Position numbers and translations under genes: made by a program
NCBI GenBank assembly: GCA_051294375.1
Contig: CM119267.1
Location: 6,866,550-6,930,549, forward strand
Source of the DNA: Paraspadella gotoi
Lineage: Eukaryota > Animalia > Chaetognatha
Direction: 5' to 3'
DNA: 64,000 nt
Shown: positions 54,379-64,000 of the stretch, piece after piece
Numbering within the stretch: position 1 is the stretch's first letter
Layout: the number at the start of each line of letters is the position of its first letter
Notes under the pieces: generated by a model
Databases searched by the model: none
What the model was told of the DNA's origin: nothing
What the model saw: only the letters and a program-made list of their open reading frames with translations

Positions 54379-56588
54379 GAAAGGTTTGGTTTTGGAAAGG
54401 GCTGGGTGGAGACGGTTGGGAATTCGGAGAGAAAATGGAAAGCCAAGTGGTCTGGGACAATGAGACTTGATTGAGATCCTTAAGCGTCTTGTTATGTGTC
54501 AAGGGCGAGATAATAGCTTATTTATTGAAAAAGAAGACAAGAAAACAAACGAAAATATTTAATTTAAACTCGTTATAATTAATTCCCCTCAGCTTCTGCC
54601 CCCAACGGCGTCTTCAAGTCGACCCGACCCGCCTCCAAGACCTCGTCGACTCTGAAGAAGGAAAAAAGATGGATTCCCGGTCACCTCTTGTCGATACAAC
54701 AAAACGCGCTCACTCTGTTGCAGTAGAGATTGACTGTTATTGTGATCATTTGGTGGAAAACGGAAAAAAACGACAGTGGATGTCAAATTAATTATTAATT
54801 ATTAATTATTATATAATTATTAATTATTATATAATGTAACCAAACGACCAGTAGTTTATAATGAATATTCATCGTCATGTTTGTTTTTTTTGGTATCATA
54901 TATTTTTGAACTAGGAAATCGGCTTTGTCACAGTGGAGAATTTTGTCGCTCATCCTAACTCATTTTTTTCCCATTTTTTGTTTTTATTTTTGAAAAAACT
55001 GTTAATTAAAGTCTGAACTCTGATACAAAAGGGTTGGACTGTGATAATAAAATAGACATTAGCAATTGTATTAACATTTAAAATAATTAATTTGAATAAT
55101 CACCTTGCACTGAATTTAGCCCATAATTTTCATAATTTTTTAAAACTTTTTTTTTTTTGCTTAACCGATACGATACTAAAGAGAAAATACATTTTTTGCT
55201 GGTAAAACAGTAAATAGCATTTAAAACTGTTCATTTTTTAAATTCTACCATTAACTCTCAGTCTCTCACATTAAAAGTGAGTATTAAAAATGATACATTA
55301 AACTGTAGTATACTCTTGAACTTACGTACAAAACTATACCTACTCACAATATTATAATACAATCATGAACATAAACATAACAATTAACATTTTGTAAAGT
55401 GGTTTTTTTTTCCACGACTTTTGTTTTTTCCAACAAGGCTAGACGTAGATGTCACAACTGCACATATATTTCTTCTCGCTGTCCGACAAATGAACATCGA
55501 GCTAAAAATAAAACTTGTAATTCGTTCAAATTACTTTTCATTTTAGAAGACGAAGATCGAGAAAGCTCTCAATCAGCTTTGCTTCGCCAAAAAAAAAGTT
55601 TTCTTTCTATCCTAAAACTAATTTTAAGTTGTATCGAGTCAGTGTGAATCTTCACGCATTCCAAAGACAGACGGTCGACCGACCGACCAATCTCGGGTTG
55701 GAACCGGCACCAAAATTCTTTCCCCTCCAACGGTTCCGCTTTTTTTTTCCCCGCGCTGATCTCATGTCGACTTATTCTTTGTTTTTAAGGAGTGCCTGGA
55801 GATCCCGGTCCATCCCTAGTCTTGCATCATGGCATTCAATCCGATCTCATCTGGATCGAATATTTTTTCATCCTGGTTTAGAAAATTATCTTTCTTGCTG
55901 TTGTATAACCAGTTAACCACCCATTTTAAAAGGCCAGTTCTGGATGAGGGGATTTAAAATAGTTTGGAGAAGTTTCATGTTAAAAATATTGTTGCTAACA
56001 GTTTTGCGTCCCGACAAGTACAATATGTTACATTATGTTTGTACATATAGTTTAATACTCGAAAAGATAAAGAAACCAAGGAGATTCAGAATGCTAGAAT
56101 GCAGAAAGCTCATTTGTATACAATAATGCAAACTCGAATATAACACAAAAGAAAATGCATAATTTGAAATAAATTATGAAAATGATTTTAATTTTTAATT
56201 ATTATTTTTGGGAAATAACTATGCTACTTACTACAATTTAGGATGTATAACCAAGCTATTGCTAATACATATATTATTGAAAAAAAAATATTCGAATGTT
56301 TTTGACGTAACGGAGCCTCGATCTCGCGTTATCCTAACCGAAGAAGATGACGACGAAGATGACGACGAAGATGACGACGAAGAGGACGACGAAGATGACG
56401 ACGAAAAAAGAAGTAAATTTAGAAAAACGAACTTGATGAAGAGGAGGAAGAGGAAGAGGAAGAGGAATGGGAGATGGCACCAAAAAGTCGATGGGATGAA
56501 TATAAAAACTAAAATCGATATCAAAACTCGCTGACTTTTTTTTCTCTCTCTTTCTCAGCCGTCGACATCAAGAAACGATTTTTTTTTT

Positions 56589-56670
<82 letters not shown>

Positions 56671-58582
56671 CTTTTATCTGAAATTGTAATAATAAAAAGT
56701 AGTTTCTGGCGCGGCTTTATGCCAGAAAGGAATCACCGTTTCCGACTTTGACAACCTCTAGAATTTCCGCTAAGCGATCCAAAATGTCTTGACAACTCTT
56801 CTTTTTTTCTTTCTCTTCCAAGACGATTGGTTTAATAATGTTGTACATTATTATATTATGAAAAATTGCAAGATTACTTGTTTTACTAAATTAGACTTTA
56901 AAATTTTATATTAAAAATTTAAAATTAATAAGTTTTATTAAATTTTATATTATAATTTTAAAATAAATGTAAGAATTTAATAAATTTCGCTATATATTAT
57001 ATTTAATTATATTATTTATTTAGAGTATATTCTTTTATAATGTTATCATATTATATCATATGATCGTAAGGTAATGTTAGAACGTTTGTTAAGGTTAGAA
57101 TGTTTGTTTTCAATCTTTAGGAAAATAAATAAATATTGCTCATGTGTAAAAAAAAGATTGTTTTTTTTTAAAGATTAATTGTATTGGATTTTTTTTTTCA
57201 ATAATTATTATAACGGGGGAGAGAAAAGCTATCAAATTTAATATTTCTACATCCGGGGATTAAATAAACTCCGGATGAAGAGAGAGGATCGCGTTTCCGT
57301 TCGGACCTCAATTAACCCCGAGATTCAATTTTAGAGCGAATCTCTCCCAAAATTCCGGCGCCGGAAATTACCATTTCTCCGGAAATGGAATTAATTTCCA
57401 GCGTCGGAAGTTAGATTATATTATATACTTATGTAATATGTATTGTATTGGTATAATATTATTTGTTTAAAATGTTTAAAAAAATCTTGATAAATTTTAG
57501 ATATATTACATCCTTTTACGTATTTGATACATAGTTTCTGTATCTACCTTTTTTTAATATATGCTTTTTTTTATTAAATCTACATTTTTTTCAAAAAGTC
57601 TCAAAATTTTGTATTTAAAACAATTTTAAATACATTTTTGTTAAATCTTTTTTATTTCAGTTTCGACATATTTGTAAAAATAATTGTGAAATGCGGAATT
57701 TTAAATAATGTTTTTTTAAATAAAAAAATAAAAAAATGTCCTCGATCCTCATCCTCCTCTTCCCCTCCCTCTCCCGAGGATCCGTCCTTTTTTAGTGCAG
57801 TCTCCGTGAGCCTCGAGTTTTACTAACTTCCTTCTTTTCTAATACTATTTCCGGCGAGGGACTTTTCCTCAATAAACATTACCGTTGCGATATACGTCTT
57901 CTTCTTCAGTGGCGCCCAATTTTTCAACAAACAAAAATTACGAATTCATAAAAATCTCAAAATTTAAAGTTTCAAAAATATTAAATAAAAAGTTTTAATT
58001 TATTAAAATGTAGAAATATATATAAATAATCAAAATAATCAAAATAATTATACGTAACTATAATTTCTAAAAACAGATACGGCGACCAATGGAGTTGGAG
58101 AAAATATTTTTTTTATTCCTTTTTTTTTAACCGAAAAGGTCAATTGATTTTCAATCGAGCGAAAGGAAAGAAGATTGTGAAACAGAATGGAGGAAGATGC
58201 GGAGAGAATTGAATGGAGGAAATGGCGGGAAAAGGAGAAAAAAAAAGGAGGAAAGTAGGGAGAAAAGAAAATAAGAAGAAATAAGACGGGGAAAGTGGAG
58301 GAAAGGGAGGAAACAAAGAAGGAAAGGAGGTGGAGGAAAAAAGTGGAGGAAACTGGTCGGAAAGAGTGGAGGAAAGAAATGGGGAATGAGGTGGGAGAAA
58401 AAAAGGATTGAAAGTGGAGGAAAGTAACAAGAAGGAAAGAAGAGATTTGAGAAAGCGAAGGAGCATTGTGGGAAGGAAGGGAATGAAAATTGGAGGAAAA
58501 GCTGGAGGATAAAACGGTTTCCTTTTTCTAAAAAAAACCCAAAAAATATTTCATCTTAAATTCGAAATGAAAATAATTTTTA

Positions 58583-58775
58583 AGTTTAGGTTAGTGGTTA
58601 GGGTTAAGGGTTAGGATTATGTGGGATTATGATTGTGATTAAGGGTTAAGGTTAGAAATTAAGGATTGATTTCGGGTCAGAGTATTGGTTAGGGTAAGGG
58701 AATAGGTTTAGGGTGAGGGATATGATGACTGATTGGGGTTAAATATGAGGGTTACGATTAAGTTAAGGGATTAAG
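58583..58775 (+). repeat. Degenerate TTAGGG-like repeat
   Basis: GGTTAG/GGTTAA/GATTAA 6-bp periodicity. Confidence 0.7.
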
Positions 58776-58907
58776 AAAAAAAAATGGCGCGCTTTTTTAA
58801 AATGGGAGCCGAAAACTTGAGGTAAAAAGGAAGAAATTTAAAGTAGAAGGAAATGTGGGTGATTGAAATAAGAAACGCCGCATGATTTTATTCATGATTT
58901 ACGAAAA

Positions 58908-58944
<37 letters not shown>

Positions 58945-60149
58945 ACTTCTTGATATTTATGTATTCGTAAATATTTGACTGGGAAACGTTTAAAGCGGAA
59001 ACACGGATATTCACCAGAGAAAAAACAATGTAGAGCATTTGGCGTCGTTATTTGTGGTTGTTGTTACTTATTTTTTTTTGTGGAAATTGTTTATTATTGA
59101 GTTTAATATTGTTTATATAAAATAATGATTTATTGTGAAGATCAAGAAAAAACAATTTCAATGTATTGCACCGCATTTACTATTCATTTGATCACACAAG
59201 TATAAAAAATTTTAATGAAAGAATCTTACGGTTGACCCTTTATCTGTAATGATAATGATGCATATTGCATAGGCTCTCAACTGACGTGATCATATTTCTT
59301 CTTGGTCCCGTGCCAACACAAGTATGAAACACAAAACAACAAGCGTTTATCGATACCATTGCTTAGAGTGAAAAAAAATGAATCAGTCTTTCATAAAATA
59401 TGCCCACATTGAATTTTTTGTCACGTTTTTACATTTTCCCGGGATCTCTTGACTGCACAGTGCACAGTGAAACATTTGCCCATAAAGAATCTCATGCTAC
59501 ATCAAGATAGTAATATTAAAATTTTAAAAGATATTGAAATTTAAAATATAAGTGGGAAAGACCGTGGGGCAGACAGACTGACCGATCGATACTCAAGAGT
59601 CTTATGGAGATGCTCCGCGAGAATTCGCAGCGGTAATATGTAAAAAAGTTAAAATAATATTTTTTTTTCTTCGCCTAAAACTCATACCAGGAATTTGACG
59701 GAGAAACGAAATTGAAAGGAGTAAGTCTTAACAAAACAACGAAAATCTCTCGTCAGTTGAACTTTAAACGAACGAGAAATAAAATGATCGATTCCTTTTT
59801 TTTTCGTCTCGTGTTCATTTGTTTGGTTTTCACGTCAAATTCCACCTAATATTATTTTATCACAAATTGTTCTTCCCCCGAGTTAGAAATAGTACATGTT
59901 GATTTTTGAAAGCTAAAAGTAAAAACTGTTCTCAAAAGAAAAGTTTATTTGTAATTTTGTTCCCAAAAAAAATTTAGTTTTGAATAATCTTATCATTTTT
60001 TTAAAATAATTTATTTTTTTTATAATTAGAAAAAAAATCAAGAGACAAGATAACCTCATAATGCAGATTTTTATTAAAACTTTCAAGTAATAAAAATTAA
60101 ATGGTTCGTGTGAAAAATAGTAGAAAAATATTGGAAAGCTTGGACATTC

Positions 60150-60182
<33 letters not shown>

Positions 60183-60723
60183 ATTCTTGACCTTGTCAAC
60201 GAGTCCGCCTTGTCGCTATTTTTGCTGTCAACCGCCGCCGCCTCCGCCGCCTCNNNNNNNNNNNNNNNNNNCGCCGCCGCCTCCGCCGCCGCAATTATTC
60301 TGGAGTGGAATCTCTTCAACCGTGAATGACCTTTTCTCTTCTCGTATTCAGAAAGAGATTCAGAAGAGAGAAACGAGAGAAGACAGAAAAAAAAAAAATG
60401 ATAAACAAAAAAAGATTGTAACTGAAAAAAAAAAACATTGAAGAAAATAATCTCGCGACAGAATGCGATCGCTAAGCTAAGGATATAACTTAAATATACA
60501 TGGGACAAACCGTTGAGTCGACGGCCCTCTCCGGGCCACTGTCCAACCGGTCCAACCGGTGATGCGTGTCGCTCAAGAGTTTTTCGTCTCCTTGACGACG
60601 AATTTGCGGCGCGAAACGTTTTTCGTTTTGTTGTCCGCCATCTTGTTAGGAGTGGGTGAGTCATTAAAACAAACGTAACAAACCTAATTCCAAAAAGCTG
60701 ACGATACAATTTTCGTTTACCAG

Positions 60724-60915
60724 TGGCTTCGCCGCGGACGACGTGGCCCACGTGGTCGTCCCTTCCTCGCAACTGCTCCGATCCCGTCTTCGATTTGGCC
60801 GGAATCGGTCGCCCGCGCATCGTCTTGGACAAATGGGTCAAGCAGAGAATAGGATTTTGGATGCAGGATTCTTCTCCACTGCCGGGTGAGGTTTATTTGT
60901 GTCCCTGTCTCTCTG

Positions 60916-60975
<60 letters not shown>

Positions 60976-62634
60976 CTCTTTCTAATGAGTGGTCCTTTTA
61001 TTCGATTGAAACGGGTTAAAAAATATTACATCCATTTAATGATAAGGGTTGCCAAGCTCTAAGGGACTTTACAAACTGGGCTGTGAGTGAGTTCTTATCC
61101 TGTTAGAGAGATAGAGACAAAGTCAGCTCGTTTATTAAATGAAGAAATAATTTACATATTGGTTGTATCAAATTCGCAGCTTTTTTGAGCGTCAAATACA
61201 TACACACACACAAACTACACAAACAAACGCACACAAATTCAAACTTCGCAATTGTCAAAGAAAAGCTTCTTTTTCTCTTTCCTTATTTGTTTCCCTTTCT
61301 GCCCCGCCCTTTCTTTTACCGTCGGGGATCAATCGAATTCAATGACCTTCGACCAAAAAGGCCGATGGTCTTTCAATTGACCTTTTTTGACTCTCTTTGC
61401 CGACCTCGTTCCGCTCAAATTCAAACTCTCTTTTGTTAGCTTCTTTAGTTTTGTCCCTATATATCTTGGGCGGGCATTGCCCGGGTTTACCAAGTCTTGA
61501 TTATAGCAGCTTTAGTTATTACCCGATGGGGCCGGTGGATCACTGGCTCAATAAGTAAAGCACCTGCTACCGGGTTCAATCCTAACCCGCTTCCTGCGTG
61601 AGGACGGACGTAAACCCACCAATCCCAATCCAGGACCCGTTCCGTGGCTGTTAGACTTAGAGTCTGTAGTCGGGCAATGTAATATGTGTAAATTCAATCT
61701 CATTTAAGATCATATTAGATAATCATCCCTAACATATGTTTGTGGATAAGGCAGAAGATGACTATCCGTAACTTCTATAACCCCCTCTAGCAGAAATGGA
61801 ACGGGTCCTGGGCTTGGAACCAGGCTTAAGGGTTTGCCACGCCCCCAAGGCGGCTTACGGCCGTCCTCACTCTTCCCGCAGGGTAGGTACCGGGTTGGGA
61901 TTGAACCCGGTACCTAGTGGTCATGAGCTGATGGCTTTACTCAATGAGCCACCGGGTCACAACTGAAATAGTCATGCTTATAGGCGGGGTGAACCCAGGC
62001 AATGCCCGACGACATTTTCACCCCGCATGTCAACTTCAGTCGTGACCCAATGGCTCATGACCATTAGATACCGGGATCCATCCCTCATGTTACCTACCCA
62101 GCGGGAAGGGTGAAGACGGCCTTAAACCCTCAAGCCTGGTTCTAAGCACAGGACCCGTTCCACGGCTGCCACAGGGGGTTAGAGAAGTTGCGGACATCAC
62201 TCTTCAGCCCACTTCGCGCCTTACTCTCATATCTTCCGGCTGACTTAAAGCTTTGCCCCTCTTGAACCCTCCCCCAACGCCCCAAAATCCCCACCCTCTC
62301 CCACATCCCTTCAAGGCAGAGAAGACGACGTCTACGTCTCTTCCGAACTCTACACCATCTTCCACTTCGCCAACGAGTCCAGCCTCAAGTCTCTTCGCCT
62401 CCGCCACCGACTCGCCCTACCGTTCAACGGCGGACTCTGGGTCGGGAGTTCCGTCGTTCGCAAGGGTCATCTCTTTTACTCGCAGTTCGAAAATTGGAGG
62501 ATCATCGTCAAGTTTGATCTGGAAGGACGGTGAGGAAAAAAGTGGGATGGTTGACGTTTCTGTCTCTGTCTCTCTACGCTACTCCCAATTCATAAAATTC
62601 TCTCCTAATTTCCCTCAAAAGTGGGATGGTTGGC

Positions 62635-62667
<33 letters not shown>

Positions 62668-64000
62668 CGCTTCCCCCAATTCATAAAATTCTCTGTCTCT
62701 GTCTCTCTCTCTCTTCGCTTCCCCCAATTCATAAAATTCTCTGTCTCTGTCTCACTCTCTCTTCGCTTCCCCCAATTCATAAAATTCTCTGTCTCTGTCT
62801 CACTCTCTCTTCGCTTCCCCCAATTCATAAAATTCTCTGTCTCTCTCTCTCTACTCTTCCCCCAATTCATCAAATTCTCTCCAAATTTCCCTCAAAAAGC
62901 CGCATCGTCATGAAGAGACTCTTGCCGAGCGTATTGGTGGAGGAGGAGGACTACGCCGATCGGCGACGAACCTTCGTCGAGTTCGCCGCCGACGAGGAGG
63001 GTCTCTATCTCATCTACTCCAATTTCGTCGGCGATGTCCACGTGTCCCTTATCAACGAGACGTCGCTGCAGTTCGTCAAGACCTGGGTAAGTTGAGGAAG
63101 GGAACGCTGTGTTCCGATAGCGCTCCATTTCGGCTTAAATTCAGAAATTAAATAAATGTTTAAAGGTTAAAGGTTAGGGATATGGATTAGTTTAAAGATT
63201 AGGTTAAATATTAAGGATATGGGTTAGTTTAAACTTTAAAGATAAAGTTAAAGATTAATGATAAGGGGTAATTTAAAGAATAGTTAAAGGTTAGGGAAAG
63301 GGGTTAGGTTAATGATTAAGTGTTACATTAAGGATTTTATTAAAGGGTTAAAGATTAGGGTTTAGGGTTAAGGGACAAGGTTACAGGTTGAGGATTGAGG
63401 TAAGTTTAAACTTTAAAAATTAGGTTAAAGGTTTACTGCGAATATTTTTTTTGGTCTTCACACCTGCGGAAATGAGCGTTCGTGATTTTACCCGAACAAA
63501 ATGATCAACATAATTTAAAAAAAAAAATTCAAATGGTCAAATAGTTAAATGACAGAAAAGAGCTTAAGCGAAGCAAAATATATTTAACAAATACAATAAT
63601 AGTTAGTTTAAAGATTCGGTTAAAGGTTAAGGATAGGGGTTAGGTTAAGGATTAGAGGTTAAGTTTAAGATTTTATTATGGATTAGGATTAAGGATCAAG
63701 AATTAAAGTTTAAGGGAAAAGGTTATAGGTTAAGGATAGGGGTTAGATTAAAGATTAAGGGTTATATTAAAGGTTATAGATTTAGTTAAACACAAGTGAT
63801 AAAAAATAAAATTAAATATTTATATTAAAATTAAGTTCAGGGATTAGGAACAGATATAGAGCGCTTTTGAAAAATAGAGCCAAAGGTCGGGGGGGATGAT
63901 AATTTACTCCTCGCTTCAGGTTACGGACATCAGCAAATATTACTTGGCTCGACTCGTGATTGTCGCCGGTCAGTTGTATCCCGTTCGCACGACGCTTAAC
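60724..64000 (+). CDS. Olfactomedin-domain protein (partial; 5' exons unresolved, 3' end beyond the window)
   Basis: Exons 60724-60885, 62316-62529, 62900-63086, 63920-64000 in phase; C..LAGIGRP..GFWMQD, VVRKGHLFY..IVKFDL, EFAADEEGLYLIY..SLQFVKTW, IVAGQLY follow the OLF beta-propeller motif order. Confidence 0.88.
61070..61175 (+). repeat. Interspersed repeat family R1, diverged copy
   Basis: GGGCTGTGAG...CAAAGTCAG...TTTATTAAATGAA..ATAATTT..ATATTGGTTGTA. Confidence 0.55.
61465..61665 (+). mobile_element. tRNA-headed twister element family T2, decayed copy
   Basis: CGGGCATTGCC.GGGTT head, TGGCTCAA A box, GGTTCAATCC B box, GT GA GGA CGGACG TAA ACCC, CAGGACCCGTTCC; internal deletions. Confidence 0.7.
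61747..62014 (-). mobile_element. tRNA-headed twister element family T2, most complete copy
   Basis: Minus-strand ends TGTCGTCGG...CTGCCTTA; A box TGGCTCATTGAG, B box GGTTCAATCCC; no clean TSD (abuts a truncated inverted copy). Confidence 0.8.
61801..61879 (-). ncRNA. Twister ribozyme type P5 (family T2)
   Basis: GCGGG AA GAGT GA GGA CGGCCG TAA GCC GC CTTGGGGG-loop-CCCTTAAG CCTGG TTCCAAGC CCAGG A CCCGT; T1 TCC/GGA; P2 one nt short. Confidence 0.75.
62017..62205 (+). mobile_element. Family T2 copy, 5'-truncated; twister lacks GC/P3
   Basis: GCGGG AA GGGT GA AGA CGGCCT TAA ACCC ... CCTGG TTCTAAGC ACAGG A CCCGT; P2 ACCC/GGGT; T1 TCT/AGA compensatory to TCC/GGA of the neighbour. Confidence 0.75.
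62557..62897 (+). repeat. ~48-bp minisatellite (CGCTTCCCCCAATTCATAAAATTCTCTGTCTCTGTCTCACTCTCTCTT) in an OLF-gene intron
   Basis: CCCAATTCAT(A/C)AAATTCTCT occurs 6 times. Confidence 0.92.
63160..63790 (+). repeat. Degenerate TTAGGG/TTAAAG hexamer arrays (two blocks)
   Basis: Blocks ~63160-63435 and ~63600-63790. Confidence 0.75.

Noticed and set aside
57737-57805. Signal-peptide-like first exon for the olfactomedin gene (MSSILILLF...)
   Set aside because: In-frame TAG before the donor; would need an unverified sequence correction
62557-62897. CRISPR-like repeat-spacer pattern
   Set aside because: Eukaryotic intron; intervening sequence is repeated (CT)-rich, not unique spacers; no cas genes

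Overview
Animal (invertebrate) nuclear DNA from a rough draft assembly: N gaps, many indel-like errors, dense (CT)n, (GAC)n, (CTTT)n and (AAT)n microsatellites, AT-rich introns and GC/CpG-rich exons. Almost all ORFs in the supplied track are microsatellite read-throughs; the real genes are spliced and I rebuilt them by hand from GT-AG junctions with consistent phase. They are a 5-exon CFAP90/C5orf49-like gene (-), a SUEL-lectin + CUB + mucin + single-TM receptor (+), SPATA18/Mieap (+) with a class A GPCR nested antisense in one intron and tRNA-Asp plus a damaged tRNA-Pro in another, and an olfactomedin-domain gene running off the right edge. The main discovery is a diverse family of ~250-bp elements, about nine copies or relics in 64 kb. 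They combine TGT...TA LTR-like ends with 4-bp target-site duplications, a tRNA-like Pol III A/B box head, and an embedded type-P5 twister ribozyme whose pseudoknot and stems covary between copies and whose P1 is always a short palindrome. This suggests a twister-based, possibly dimer-activated, retrozyme/TRIM-like retroelement. All folding and homology calls are by eye and from memory; no searches were run.
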